64,000 nucleotides of DNA from Podarcis gaigeae (GCA_964106915.2 OZ066924.1); one strand, 5' to 3'. Positions 49,680-64,000 are shown, counted from the first letter of the stretch. The notes: generated from the sequence alone by a model not told the origin. Numbers and translations are program-made.

Positions 49680-50065
49680 CCGTATTTTTCTGTCTATAGG
49701 ACATCACCTTGTATAAGGACACCCCCCCCCATTTTGGGGAACTCAATTTTAGTAAAATGAGGGGAGATGACCCAAAGTTGTTGAGCTGCGGGCAAGAAAC
49801 ACTCCTTAGATCGTTTCCCGCATGCAGCGGCATCGGGGCAAGTTGTGCTCCTGGGAGCACAACCTTCTCTGATGCCGCTGTGCGGGAAACGATCCAGGGA
49901 GCGCCCGCCATGCGCAGTGCCTTCGGGGGAATTTGCGCTCTCACCAATGAGCTGGCTGGCGGCGCACCGCTTCTCCCCCTATGCCACTATCCATGTATTG
50001 GACAACCCGTTTTTTGACGTAATTTTTGAGTCAAAAAACCTCGTCCAATACACAGAAAAACACGG
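49680..50065. mobile_element. pogo/Tc1-mariner-like non-autonomous element
   Basis: TA|CCGTATTTTTCTGTCTATAGGAC...GTCCAATACACAGAAAAACACGG|TA. Confidence 0.8.
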
Positions 50066-52066
50066 TAATTGTCTATGGACTTCATTACTCATCTGCCTCC
50101 TCTCCCTGCTTAAAAGCTTGGCAGAGAGGCGGGGAAATTTACTGAAACAACATAGCAGCTCCCCTGAAGTCTTGGAGCTCTTGCCAGTAACCTTGGCCTT
50201 TGCTGTCGGACTGAACTTTTTGTTGCTGCTCCTCTGCCTTTGCAAGAGCTCTTTCCCAGCTACCGAGTCTGTATTGCTAGGCTGATATAACAAGTGTTTA
50301 CTTCTTCACTTACATGCAATTTCCTTTGTTGTGTGGTTTGGGGCAAAAGCCAGGACCCTATTCATCCAAGGGGGCTGGTAAAGTGCAAAAGCCAATAGAT
50401 ATCAACTGTGCACATGGTGGGAACACATTGGCTTGGGATGTTTGCGCAAACCGCAGTGCTTTGAAATGTAAACATTAATATTTCTAATGTAAATGTTATT
50501 TTCTTAACAATGCAAGACATTGACCTGGGTATGGGGAAATATGTAGCAGATGGTTGGGAAATCCATGCTTGGAACTGAAGATACTTAAAGATGGTTAACA
50601 TAGCAATTTCAGAGCATCGCAGGGGGAGGGAAGAGGAAGGGCAGCATCGTGCATGGTAAGGTTTGAACTGGATTAGAGCCAGATGAGAATGAAGAAAAAG
50701 GAAATGGGGATTCATGTTCTAAACTTGGAAATTGGAATGGCAGCACTTCTGCGGTCCATGTGTCCACCATGCCTCCTCTAGCAAATTCACAAGTGTAGGT
50801 CATTCTTGCGCCATTTTCAAATATCACTTCATTTGACTCTCACGCAATTACTCCACTGTAATCATGTTTTCCCATGCAGCCAAAATAAACCCGACTTTGA
50901 GAAGGCTTACAGATTAAACTTACTTGAGAATGTTAATCAAATACACTTCCTTGCTTCCTTTCCTACACCCAATGGAATCCCAAGCATCTGATTATTCCAC
51001 TCATGACAACTGTGGTGCAGCGAGTTTAAGAAAGAAAAAAATCTAGCAGAGCCTAGTCAACTAACAAACTGCAGAGAAGTTTAAGGCATGCTTTAGAGAT
51101 TGCGGAGGGTGATGGAATGCTAAGAGGGTGTATTAAAAGGACTCACTGGATCACAGCCAAAGATTATACATTGTAAAGACCTTGTAAGGGGTGGCAAATA
51201 TTGGAAAGATGTATTGCATTAGAATAAAATGTTATGCTTGGCTACTTTGGGGGCTTGCTTTAAATCTGAAGAGAGAGAAGGGGTCCAACCTAAGCGAACC
51301 CACAGCCAAGAATTTAAGAACATTCATAGGAAAGTCTGACCAAAAGGGGAAAGAGCTCTCATGGACGGTACAAATCTATAGCTTAAAGCGTATCACCGTG
51401 GGTAGGTCAAAGTACGAAAACATTAACACCAACCTGTGTTAGGATGAGAGCTACATTCTGTTCTTGAACACCCAAGTAGTAAAAAAGAGTCAAGAAAATC
51501 TGACACTGAATTTATAGTAAAAGCCAAAGGACACTATTACATCACTTAGATATATACATCTTAGAATATACATCTATAAAACAACTTAAAATGCAGGTTT
51601 GACTATGATTCTAACAATGTTAACTTGGAAGCCATTCAGTGGGACACTATTCCCATCGCACTTCAATTCTGTTAGTTTCAAGGCATATGACCACTGAGCC
51701 CACAAGACATCAGCACCCGGTGACCATCCAACTGCTGAATGTTGTTGCCAAGGTCACTTTTTCAAGTGTCTTCAGCATCATGAACAAAGCTTAATTTTGC
51801 ACATGGCAGTGGCTATCTTCAGCAATCACAGTGTGAATTTGCCCCCAAACAGCCTTTGCATCAGGATGTGAGAGTGGCTTCTCTTAAGACTGGCAAATTT
51901 TGGCTTCCTCATTTAATTTTTCCATTCCTGCAATTCACCACAAGATCTCTGTAACTAAGAATTAGTGCCTGAGCTCATTTTTCCTACTCCCCTCCTGTCC
52001 ATTCTCCTTTCATGTTGTGTCTCCTATGTTGTGAGCCTGAGGGCTGGGACTGGCTTCTCAATGACA

Positions 52067-52652
52067 ATTCTTGGGCTCCATGATCACTGCAGATGGTGAC
52101 AGCAGCCACAAAATTAAAAGACGCCTGCTTCTTGGAAGAAAAGCAATGACAAACCTAGACAGCATCTTAAAAAGTAGAGACATCACCTTGCCGACAAAGG
52201 TCCGTATAGTAAAAGCTATGGTTTTCCCAGTAGTGATGTATGGAAATGAGAGCTGGACCATAAAGAAGGCTGATCGCCGAAGAATTGATGCTTTTGAATT
52301 CTGGTGCTGGAGGAGACTCTTGAGAGTCCCATGGACTGCAAGAAGATCAAACCTATCCATTCTTAAGGAAATCAGCCCTGAGTGCTCACTGGAAGGACAG
52401 ATCCTGAAGCTGAGGCTCCAATGCTTTGGCCACATCATGAGAGGAAAAGTCTCCCTGGAAAAGACCCTGATGTTGGGAAAGATGGGCACAAGGAGAAGGG
52501 GACGACAGAGGACGAGATGGTTGGATAGTGTTCTTGAAGCTGCTAGCATGAGTTTGACCAAACTGCGGGAGGCAGTGGAAGACAGGAGTGCCTGGCGTGC
52601 TCTGGTCCACGGGGTCACGAAGAGTCGGACACGACTAAACGACTAAACAACA
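52067..52652 (+). mobile_element. BovB (RTE) LINE 3' fragment
   Basis: Open 191-aa frame LGSMITADGDSSHKIKRRLLLGRKAMTNLDSILKSRDITLPTKV...VHGVTKSRTRLND*. Confidence 0.95.
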
Positions 52653-55600
52653 AGAACATAGGGGTGGCTTGGCTTTTTGCTTTTTTGCTGTAGAGCAAGA
52701 TAAACTGGTGAAATAAATAAGTGATCTGGCATCAGGTAAAGTAAAACTTTTCTCTCACTCAGGTTGCCCTGCTTTGTTCCGACAGGCTAAGTCTCACTCC
52801 CTTCCTCTTCCCCCTAGACATCCTTACCTGGACAATCTTGTTGAGAGCACTGGCTTTTCTGTACCCATTATTATGCACTCCTCCTTAAGCATCTTGCAAA
52901 TTGCAACTGGCAGACACTTTGCCTTGGGACTGATAGCAATCTCCAGTCTTAAAACAGCTTTGTCTTGCCAGCATCCTAGGCTTCACTGGACCCTAGGGAG
53001 AGTTTTGATGATGCCAGACACATCTTTTGACAGCAACATGCTTTTTCATGTTGGAAGGTGGTGGTGGTGATGAAAGACAGATGCAGCTGATCACCTGCTT
53101 GCCCCAAGAGCAACTGCTACGCAAGCAAGCATCAAATTTTGCACCTGCTTTTCAAGTTGGTCTGTGGAACCATTAGAAAACAGAGACTAATAACCCGTGA
53201 CTTGTGACATAAATTAGGGTACGAGATGGATGCGGGTGTGTTATTTCAATTACAAGCAGATTTCCCTTCTTCAGTTGGAAAAAAAAATGCTTTAAAAACT
53301 AAGAAGGAGGTGAGGAGTATTTCCTTACAAAATGTCTGCCTACTTTGTGGAATTTTTGTAAAACAATATTTCTTCTACTGTTCAGCATTCCCGCATGAAG
53401 AGAGTATTGAGTGAAGAAATGTACACAGATAAACTTGGCAGCAGTGCCCCCCCAACTGCTGCCACAATTGTAGGCATTGCAAACTTAAAATTATATACAA
53501 AGGAATACCTACACTTAAATCAGTAGTAGATATATTTTAGCAGATTAAATCATTTTGCAAAAAATAAATAAATAAAATGAAGATTTATGAATGGTCAGTT
53601 CTAAGAGAATGATGTTTTCTTAATTTTAGATTCTAGCCCCTTTTTCAGGCCTCCTTAACTGACATGAAAACAGCTGTAGCAAGCTTTATATAGAACACAC
53701 ATGCTATGGCCACAATTCTCTTAAATTGGCAGTAAGCTGTAAGTTCCCTTTCAAACTTGTTGGATTCTTCTTTGCTTTATTCTCATGGCTTGCCTTAATT
53801 CAAATATGATAAGCTACCAATCCAATTTGGATGGAATACAAAGACCAAATATAGACTAAATTGCTTCACTTAGCTAAACTTATTTGGATTATAATATGGA
53901 AGTCAGTATAATCACTTACAAATTAGCATAATCATCACAGTGAGAGAAAGCTACAGACAAAAAGAAACACACTAGAAAACTGTAGAGCAAAAAGTTAATG
54001 AACTGAAATCAATTTGACTTAAGTAATGAGCAATTTGTCCCAATGACTGCAAAGGGAATTTAAGTGCAACTAATTTCGTATGGATACTAATCCATTACCT
54101 GCTGTGGTTGCTTTCTTTAAAGAAAAAAGAAAAAGAAAAAAAGAACTAAGATTGGAACTAAATATCAGTGCCCAAGAAAGATTTCCAGTTTGGTGCTTAG
54201 CTCTGATATACAAAGCAGAATCACACAGTTGCAAGGAGAAGCAGCTAGAAAACAACAGGTACTTCACCTGTTCCCACCACAGCTTATCCCCTGCAACCCT
54301 TTCCTCTGTGTAGCTTTTCCCCATCCAAATCAATAAATACTGTAATGATCAGAAAGGTTTTAAGCACCTCCTCTCCACATCCACTGGTTCTCCACTCTGT
54401 ACTCTCTTTAAATGTCAAAAAGAAACCAAGACTGGGAAGGAAATATCCATTATCCATAAGTTCGATAATGACTCTTGCAGCGTGGCATACTTGTGTTCAC
54501 AGCTGTAGTTATATCTCATTCTAGGGTAGTGTATACCATTATTCCTCCCAACCATTTCTGACAATTGGCATTCCTTGCATACGTAATACTGGCCACCTAT
54601 ATTCCACCATCTATTATGGAGTCGCTGCAAGAAATAATTTTTTTTCTTATGCCAAATACATGGTCTCATAACCAAAACTTGTAACAGCTGACACTCCTAA
54701 AATGACGGGAAATATAAAATGGGAATGTTAACCTGGATGTTAAATCTTATTTGCCAAGTCACAAAAATCAAAAGTTTTTACTTGTGAACCTAGCTGGTAC
54801 TATCAACACCATTGTTTGCTGACTTGTTCAAAAATATCTTGAAGACTGACAAAATCCCTGTTAATGTGGAAGAAACATTGAAGAAAGATACCAAGAACCA
54901 ATGTCACACTCCACATTCTTTTCAAATGATAAATTACACATTATTACAACATTCCCACATATATTTGTTTGTTTGATTTATATACTGCCCTTTAAGGCAC
55001 AAATAAATAGTTAAAATGGAAGCAACAAAATAGTAACCACCCACCTGCAAACACAAAAGGCTGTAGAATATTAATCAGCCGAAGGCCTGGTTAAACTAGC
55101 TTCATGTAAAGAAGGCATTTAAATGGCACATTTCAAATGCTCCAAACATAAAAAGATATGCATGTGGCATGACTATCCCTACACTGTATATGGGTAGAGT
55201 GTGGTGGTGAGAGAGCAATGAATGAGGTCAAGTTGTTATCATCATCATGATAATTAGAATTTTAGTTGTTTTATCTTCCCCAGGGCAACCTAAACCAAAC
55301 AGGCGAGTGTTTCTAAAGCAAAGGACAATCAGATTAAAGCATGGCAGAGAATTCCAAACTAATTTATTCCTTTTCCTTGTTAGTTTATGCTGAGTGGGGG
55401 GGGGGGGTGGAGAGATGGGTATAGAGCTGGGAAAGTATAGGGGAGGGGCAGAATGTCCCACTTAATGCCCCAATTTACTTGTGGAGCCTGGGAACAGTAA
55501 GTGGCAAGGGGGTCTCTAGACATGTGCAGAGTGTCATGGTTGGGACTGTGGTCAATATTTGCTGTGGATTAAGAAAAGCACAGCCAAGCAGGACACAACT

Positions 55601-58109
55601 GAGGATCACCTACTGAGCATGTAGCTCCATTTAAGCTGAAAGAAGAGATCCTTGTAGCTCAGGGACATAGCTCCCAAGATACATAAGCTCAGTGGTTCAA
55701 ATTAGTGTTTACACCAAGAGAGTGTAAGCTGTGGTTTGTGCCCCTCTTGTTTTTGACAGGATCAGAAAGTTAAACAAAAAGAATTCTAACCACCATACTG
55801 CAAAGCCTTCGCCAGCAGAACTAGAGCAGGGAACCATGCAAAAACAAATGAAATGAACTGCAGAGCCTGGTGAGAAGGCAGGCAAAAGTTGCCATCTTTC
55901 TACTAAGGAGGTTCAGGAACGTCTATTTTGTGATGTGTTGCATGCAGTAGGGGGTCACTGAATCAGAAGAGAGACTGAGAAGTGGACTTGGGGGGGGGGG
56001 AACCTGCATCTTCCCTTCATATGCTGGAAAAACACCAAATCAAATTGAACTGTACGCATCACAGTTTCAGTTATACACAATGTGACTGTTCGGGTTTAGG
56101 AATGACATTCAGAGTTTAGTCCCAAAAAAACAGCCTCATGCCAATTACAAAAAAAAAAATATGAATGTTGTGTTCAACAGTTCAATGACTGAAAAGGAAG
56201 GGATGTCATATACAATAAGTAAAATGAATGATCAGTTCTGATTAAAAGTCACCTGGAACAATTAATATCTATTTTAGACACCTGTAGCTTTACCAGTTAA
56301 CCAGTCAGTGTTTTCATCACAGCTATGCTACAGCTCCTTTAAATATAGTCTACAGCAAGCTCCCATGACTGAGCTTGCAATTTTTTTATTACGCACCAGC
56401 TCAAGTAAGCAGCCACATGTTTTATTTCTGGCAACCTCTAACTAGCCTACGTGGCCCAACCAAATGCACTTCACACAAACCACTCTGAGCAGAAGGGGGA
56501 GGCAAAATCTCATTTTCATCTATATTCATTTAATACTGCTCAGTTTGCAACAAGTATGCAGGCTGCTGTTTCATTTTTAATTTCTTCATAATCTGCTGCA
56601 AGCAAATGTGCTTGAATCTGCTGGTCACAGTATGCTTTTAATGTTCTGCAACTGATGATGTGGCAACTCAAAACTTGAATAATAGCTGCTGGAAGAGATC
56701 CTAGGGGAAAAATGTTCTTCTAAATTCTATCTCAGAGGCTGAGCTTGGAAATTTCATAAGCTTTATCGGAATGGTTGCTGAGAACACTGACATGGTCCGA
56801 AAGAATGTCAAGAGATTTTTTTTCAGCAGAACTCAATCCATCACAGGAAATTCTTACTAAAGAACTTGCTAGAGAATATTAAACTATTTTAAACAAGAGA
56901 CAAACTTGTTACACGTATCCTCAAGGGACGAAGAAAGGCTTAGGGCAACCTAAGAATGGTTTCCTTCTTAACAATCTACACATTCATGCCTTTGGATAAA
57001 AAGACTAAATTGAATTGAATACAGTCTGCCAATGCCTTCTAGCAAACACTGAGAAAGTTCTATGAAGCAGATACTTGGTAGATGTGCAGAATTATCAACT
57101 TACTATAATAGTCTAAATTTAGCTCATCATTCTTATCCTTAGAAATTAAAGGGGGGAAAATCAGCCTATTTCTGGGCAGAGGGAAGTGTGTGTGTGATCT
57201 TTGTGGCCAGCTACTCTCCAGGTCATTCCACGTCAGTTCAACGCGGTCATGCCACCCACCGTCTTGGGTTTTGATGAAACTTGGTGTACACCCTTCCCTT
57301 ATGGTTGAAAGAAACCCCCTTAAATATTTCCCCTCTATCTTAAACAGTTTTAATTTTATAGCACTTCAAAGTTTCATGAAATCCGGGTTTCTGTTACTCT
57401 TTCATTCTATACTTCAGATGTATGAGTTTTTTGGCCATCGTAGTTCCAGACCTCTTTTGCAAGCTACAACCCATAAGGGCTAGGAAATGACCTTTCAGTT
57501 CTAAACCTACTTTCAAGATTTGATTTCTATAGCCTAGAAATGGTATTCTGAGATGTGCATGAGCACGAAGAAACCACCAGCCTTCCCACTTCTCCTCCTT
57601 GCAGCTGGGCGGACAAGTTGGGTAGCTTTTAAGTTTTGCTTTCCATTACCAAATCAACTTCGTGTGTTGTCCAGACCAAGGATCGTGCTCTCTATCAAAC
57701 TCCAAGTTAAACAAGTGAGCTTCAGAAACCACAGTTAGACATTGGCTTGATTTAAAACCTACCAAAGTTTGTTATAAAGTATGATCCTTGGTCTGGATAA
57801 CAAGACAATCCAGGATTCAGGGAAAGCAGGGGAAGAAACTGCTGTAGAACTTGTTGCAGCTGCAGAGAAGGAAGAGGAGAAGAGAGGATGCAAATTTTAA
57901 GTTATCAATACTTTGTTCCTGCTAATGCATGCCTCACAAAGCTATAATTTTGTGTGACATGTGAACCTTCCTGCTAATACACATGTAAACTAGACCAATG
58001 GATACTGTCCTAAATATATTTCTAACAGTGTAAGCCCCACTGAACAATATACACAAATTGTTTTGATTCACCTAGCTTACAATTCCACTTGATTCACTAA
58101 AATTATCAT

Positions 58110-58630
58110 CATCATCATTATTATTATTTATTATTATTATTATTTATTACTTATACCCCCCATCTGGGCAGTTCCCAACAGAATATTAATAATAAAAATA
58201 ATAAAAAAGTGACAATATCAAACATTAAAACAGGGGTCAACAACCCTTTTCAGCCGTGGGCCAATCCACCATCCCTCAGCCCTTGTGGGGGGCCGGACTA
58301 TATTTTGAAAAAAAATATGAATGAATTCCTATGCCCCACTAATAACCCAGAGATGCATTTTAAATAAAAGCACACATTCTACTCACGTAAAAACATGCTG
58401 AGTCCCAGACTGTCTGCGGATTGAGAAGGCCAATGGGCCGCATCCGGACCCTGGGCTTTAGGTTGCCTATCCCTGCATTAAAAACTTCTCTAAACCGCAG
58501 TGAGGGAACCGCCAGAAGGCCCTCGGCTGAGTGATGCGGGTGGAGACACTCCTTCAGGTATACGGGGCTTTAAAGGTCAGAACCAACACTTTGAATTGTG
58601 CCCGGAAATGTACTGGGAGCCAATGTAGGT
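58110..58630 (-). mobile_element. L2-like fragment interrupted by a hAT MITE
   Basis: (ATT)n tail then L2-like sequence similar to 23765-24088, split at CATTAAAA. Confidence 0.65.
58231..58475. mobile_element. hAT non-autonomous element
   Basis: CAGGGGTCAACAACC...GGTTGCCTATCCCTG with 8-bp TSD CATTAAAA; related copy at 63459-63683. Confidence 0.88.
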
Positions 58631-59923
58631 CTTAAATATAACAGATGCAATGGGAGAAACAAAGCAGTGGTATTTATTCCACTAGAGCAAAATCCTCACA
58701 AAATAAGTGAGAGGGCTTTGCTATGTTCCATCTACAGGAAAACAGAATGAAGTCCTGAAGTTTCACCCCAAATGCCCAAGTGCCATTAAAAATGTATACA
58801 TAAATTTAGGGCTGGGGGATTCTGTCCTAAAAGAATACATCTCACAATTCTATTTGGAACAGTACATATATTTAAGGCTTTAAATTAATCAGTTTGTAAA
58901 TTAAGCACATTTGCAAGAGAACTTGTACAAGCAGTGCAGGGGTGGGGGTTAGGAGGAGCTTATTACTTATTTTGTGCTGCCACCTAGCAACATTTTCAAG
59001 TATAATATGCGCATAAAGCCATTTTACGAGTATATTTTTAAATATGTTACCATTTCATCTTAATTTTTTTCTTTAGATTATTCTCTGCCAAAAAGTTATG
59101 ACCAGAAGAAACAAGATTCTATTATACAAATGAATGATGCATCGCTGATTGTTTAGGTCTCCGGGAAAAGGTTGTTTCCAGATCGCAAGTATAATTGCAA
59201 ATCGGGATCATTCCCTGCTCCAGCACCAACCTTAAATGAATTCTGCTTCATACCAATGTATGAATAGATTATTTTTCTTTTCCAAACAGTTCAGAGACTT
59301 GAATGAGATCAATAATATTCACACAAATACAGCACAATGGCTTCTTCACTTGTGGCTATATATTCCTATTATCCTGCCTGTGCATTAAGATAGGCTCATA
59401 TGACAAATGACATGCGATAAGGCCTTCTCTGTGTTGGCATCTTGTCTATGAAACTTATTTGGGGGTATGACTGGTGACATCATTATTGGCACCCAGCTGG
59501 TGACTTACCTCTTTACTCTGATCTTTTGGGGAAGCTAATTTGAGAAGTGATTATGAGCGATGTCTGCTGTTCTGATTAAAAATATAACTGTTGGTTGAAC
59601 GTCATTGTTTTAATATGACACTGGTTTTGTAAACAGTCCTGGGATCGTAACTGATTACGAAGGGCATTTTAGAAATTGAATAAAATAATAAGTATTTTTC
59701 TCTACTACCGATTCCTAGTCAACAACACACTCATGCAGTTCTTACCCAATAACAGCTATCTCCGATGCAAACGTGCTTTGCATGGATATGAAACAAACTG
59801 CAGCCATGGTGCTGCATGATCAAGTTGGACAGCAGGGAGAAGCAGATTAAGTATAGCGTGAATTTTACAAAAAAAATCATATAGTATAAACCAGTGTTAA
59901 ATTCTAAGTCTGATATTCAAACA

Positions 59924-60023
59924 GTGGAGGACAGAGGAGGACAGAGGTGCCTGGCGTTCTCTGGTCCATGGGGTCACGAAGAGTCGGACACGACTAAACG
60001 ACTAAACAACAACAACAACAACA
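59924..60023 (+). mobile_element. BovB extreme 3' end (100 bp)
   Basis: GGTCCATGGGGTCACGAAGAGTCGGACACGACTAAACGACTAAA(CAA)n; 14-bp TSD CTGATATTCAAACA. Confidence 0.9.
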
Positions 60024-61658
60024 CTGATATTCAAACAACCGCAAAATTAAATGTATTGCCGGAACGTATGATCCTTTTGTAACCTCAAACATTTTCTACC
60101 ACTTCTTGTATTTTTTAGCACTTGCAAGTGTGTCAGATCTAAATCTAAAATAGAAAATACAATTCACAATAAGAACAGCAAAAAACCAAAACACAAAGCC
60201 CACCTAAAATCAGAATAAAGCATGACAACTATCAAACAATTAAAACTAACGTTAAAAAGCATAAAAGATAGCAAGGGTAAACTTGGTGCAAGTATACAAT
60301 ATATTAAACACCCAATGAAAGAGAATAAGGCATCATGCGATACCTTAAAGCCTAAGAAAATTATTATGGAATAAGCTTTCATGAACTAGAGTTTACTTCA
60401 CCTGCTTTGTTTTTTGGTGTAACAAACTGACAAAGTGATCCCACTGGAAGTTGTCAAATAAAAGAATCATAATTGAATGTCAAGGGATCTAACTGGATCT
60501 ACAGTGGGACACTAGAGGACAGAGAAGTTCATCATTTACAGTCTTAGAAATTGACCTACTTCTTCAGGTGTCAAGGACATGATGCTGTTCCATGCAATCA
60601 CAAAAGAGATGCACACGTACGAAGAAATCCAACCTTCTCCTTCACAATTGGTGTCTTTAAGTATTTTGTAAGCCTTAGGGAGTTAGTCTAACTCCCAGGA
60701 AGAAGTAGCAGTACAGAACAATGCATCTGCAGCTCTGCCACTTATGGCCACAAGCTTCCGGTTTTCACTGCACCCAATCCATGCTGGTGCAGCATAGAGA
60801 CCCAACCAGTAGCTGAACCAGCAAATCCTTAACAGGCTCAGTTCCACACCTTCCCTACTCCCGCAATTCCCTGTTTTGAGGGCCGGTGCTGGCTACCACC
60901 AGTAAGGCCACCACTGGCAGTAGTACCTGCCCACTCAACAGAGTTTTCAGTTTTCAGCTCTTTTACTTCTGCACAGAAAATGCACAGCAACACTATGAAA
61001 CAGGGAAAGAGAAGATGTGGGAGAACATGAAACACAAAACTATGAAAAGAAGATAATGAAGACAGGTGTGTGTGAAAGAAAGAAAGAAAGGAGGAGAAAA
61101 GAAAGGCACAGAAATGGAGGAAAGGCAAAGTTAATGTCTCAACCAAATTGGGTCAACATGAGGAGTATTAAGACGTAAACTTTTGTGGACCACAGGTCAT
61201 TTAATCAATATAAACATGCGTTTTGAAAAGTTGCAAAAAAAGGTATGCTATAATAAATGTGATTGTTTTTTTCAGGTGTGACAAGACACTCGGTTGTTTT
61301 TGCTGTAAAAGACTAAGACGATACCCACACCGCAGACTTAAAGTGCTCTTATAACAGTTTAACAGCCATGGAGAACCCTATAGTTTGTTAAAGGTGCTGG
61401 CAATAGTAGGACTGTGAGGTCAGCACCCTTAAGAAACTACAGTTCCCGGGCTTCTTTGCGGGTAGCCATGACCATGTTAGAACAGTGCTTTAAATGTATG
61501 CTGTGGATGTGACCTAACACAGTGGCCCTTTGGCGAGAGGGAAAGTCAATACTGCAACTCACTGCACCCTTAATTGGGTCTACTTCTGAGGGTAAACATG
61601 CAGAGCATGGGGCTGCAGCTGTTCTAAGAGGAAGAAAAGGCACCTGGGAAATGTTGTG

Positions 61659-61797
61659 TGGGATAGCTCAGTCAGCAGAACATGAGACTCTTAGGTTCGT
61701 GGGTTTGTGGCCCACGCTGGGCAAAAGAGATCCTTGCATTGTGAAGGGGGTTGGACTATATGACCCTCCAGGTCCCTTTCAACTCTATGACCCTATG
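61659..61797 (+). mobile_element. tRNA-derived SINE with CR1-like tail
   Basis: GGGATAGCTCAGTC A-box-like head; GGTTGGACTA..ATGACCC..GGTCCCTTTCAACTCTATGA tail. Confidence 0.7.
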
Positions 61798-62029
61798 GAT
61801 AAACAAATGGGCACTACTCTCGATATCTGCAGGGCAACGGACACTGAGCAAGCTCAGGAGTTTTGCAGCAGCATACAAAGCCAAAACAGCCGAGGCAGAG
61901 CTCCTGAAGAAGAAACATCTTTATTTGCATCAGCCACTAGCCATAGCAATAAAATAAAATATACCGAAGATAGAAGTAAAAACTTAATTATACAAAATAC
62001 ATTCTGGAGGTTTATAACAATAATCAAAT

Positions 62030-62570
62030 AATAGATCTTATTCTAATAGCCCCTCCCTCCTAAAAAAAATTGCAGTTTTTGCTGTCACCTGACTATCTTG
62101 ATCTGCTGGAAGAAAGGACACAGTAGCAATAGTTGAGCGACCCCGCATGGACAATAATAGAGGGGTAATAACCTCACTCCTCAAATGTTTATAAAGAGTG
62201 CGAGCCAGAAACACATGAGCCACTGACTAAATACTGCCATCTCCACAGACACATAACTGTTTTTCCAGTAGGATTTTTTGAAACTGACCCTCACGTACAG
62301 TTGAAGGAAGTATATTCCATCTTGCGTAAGTAAAAGCACGCCTGTATTTTGGAATTGTTACATTTTGCAGATAGAGTGCCAACGGGTCAAAACGACTAGG
62401 TGGCAAATAACCATACCACAAACAAAATTTCCTTCTGGTGGCCAAATTACTCTGTCGCTCGATATATAGGCGGTGTCTGACTTAATTATTTGCTTTACCG
62501 AAGCCCAGTGTTAATAACTGTTGCGGTGATAAACCAGAAACGCAAAGCGTTGGGTTGACCATTTTAGTCC
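62030..62570 (-). mobile_element. Degenerate non-LTR retrotransposon C-terminal fragment
   Basis: YRRAFTYARWNILPS..EG-F...LCVCGDGSI...HVFL-R-LY--LR resembles the Cys/His C-terminus of LINE ORF2; clade uncertain. Confidence 0.6.
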
Positions 62571-62609
62571 AAGTGCTCTCGTGAAGATCTTGTGATACTA
62601 AGAGTAGTG

Positions 62610-63790
62610 GAGCGGGTGGCACTGCGGTCTAAACCACTGAGCCTCTTGGGCTTGCTGATCGGGAAGGCCAGCAGTTCGAATCCTGGCGGCAGTGAGCTCC
62701 CGTTGCTTTGTCCCAGATTCTGCTAACCTAGCAGTTCGAAAGCGCACCGGCACGAGTAGATAAATAGGTACTGCTGAAGCGGGAAGGTAAACAAACAGTG
62801 TTTCCGTGCACTCTGGCTTCCGTCATGGTGTTCCGTTGTGCCAGAAGCAGTTTAGTCATGCTGGCCACATGACCCAGAAAGTGTCTGTGGACAAACACCA
62901 GCTCCCTCTGCCTGAAAGCGAGATAAGTGTCACAACCCCATAGTCGCCTTTGACTGGACTTAACTGTCCAGGGGTCTTTTACCTTAACCTTAGATCCCAG
63001 GGCAGCTTACAATATAAAAATACACACCATAAGGGTAAAGGTATAAAAGGTAAGGGACGTGGGTGGCGCTGTGGCTTAAACCACAGAGCCTAGGGCTTGC
63101 CGTTCAGAAGGTCGGCGGTTCAAATCCCTGTGACGGGGTGAGCTCCCGTTGCTCGGTCCCTGCTCCTGCCAACCTAGCAGTTCGAAAGCACATCAAAGTG
63201 CAAGTAGATAAATAGGTACCGCTCCGGCAGGAAGGTAAATGGTGTTTCCATGTGCTGCTCTGGTTCGCCAGAAGCGGCTTAGTCATTCTGGCCACATGAC
63301 CCAGGAGCTGTACGCCGGCTCCCTCGGCCAATAAAGCGAAATGAGCGCCGCAACCCCAGAGTTGGTCACGACTGGACCTAATGGTCAGGGGTCCCTCTAC
63401 CTTTACCTAAACAAGGTAAAGGACCCCTGGATAGTAAAGTCCAGTTGAATTCGGCTATCAGCGGTCAGCAAACTTTTTCAGCAGGGGGCCGGTCCACTGT
63501 CCCTCAGACCTTGTGGGGGGCCGGACTATATTTTCTGTGGGGAAATGAATGAATTCCTGTGCCCCACAAATAACCCAGAGATGCATTTTAAATAAAACGA
63601 TACATTCTACTCATGTAAAAACACACTAGGCCGGATTTAGAAGCCGATTGGGCCTGATCCGGCCCTTAGTTTGACTACCTATGGGCTATGGGGGTGCAGC
63701 ACTCATCACCCTGAAAAACGAGATGAGCGCTGCAACCCCATAGTCGCTTGTGACTGAACTTAACCATCCAGACGCCCTTTACCTTTTGTT
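62610..63790. mobile_element. Cluster of Sauria SINEs (62610-62991 +, 63054-63407 +, fragments 63414-63786) with nested hAT element 63459-63683
   Basis: Repeated SINE cores and ACCTTT tails; the hAT element matches 58231-58475. Confidence 0.85.
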
Positions 63791-64000
63791 TTCTATTTTA
63801 CTAAGGGTAGTAGACCGGTGGGATTTAAATTCATCCGAAGCCAATACTTCAAGGTCCCACGCCTAAATCTGCAATTCGACATCTCCTGCCCAGCGGTGGG
63901 ATGAGCTTCACGGAGCTGGAAGGGTTCCCCAAGGGTCATCCAGTCCAACCCCGCGCAAGGACTCCCTCAGAAGGCGGCGTTTATTGGGAGGGCCCTGATC

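Noticed and set aside
57210-57430. Possible ancient DNA-transposon remnant (CAGGTCATTCCACGTCA..., ATGAAACTT/AAGTTTCAT)
   Set aside because: No matching second terminus or TSD could be identified by eye; it needs a Dfam search.
44898-64000. SRFBP1 exon 1
   Set aside because: No convincing short ATG exon with a phase-0 donor was found. CpG density rises in the last ~150 bp, suggesting the promoter and exon 1 lie just outside the window.

Overview
Eukaryotic genomic DNA from a squamate reptile (Sauria SINEs, BovB, CR1 and L2 repeats; probably a lacertid lizard). It holds two convergent, intron-containing genes. LOX (lysyl oxidase, + strand) is complete: 7 coding exons from 2811 to 12819, 1269 nt, 422 aa, with a CpG-island promoter and probably a long 3' UTR carrying miR-29 seed matches. 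SRFBP1 (- strand) has exons 2-8 between 44897 and 20111; exon 1 was not found and probably lies beyond the right edge. The rest is intron and intergenic DNA dense in transposons. The most interesting non-genic structures are: (i) three Penelope-like element (PLE) insertions with inverted pseudo-LTRs carrying minimal hammerhead ribozyme motifs, one apparently in the LOX 3' UTR, where the sense-strand ribozyme is degenerate and the antisense copy intact; (ii) a recent, perfect 202-bp inverted templated duplication in SRFBP1 intron 5 that lands in a duplicated hairpin and creates a divergent pair of strong CTCF motifs. Most ORFs in the supplied track are spurious or repeat-derived. All calls were read by eye; no searches were run.
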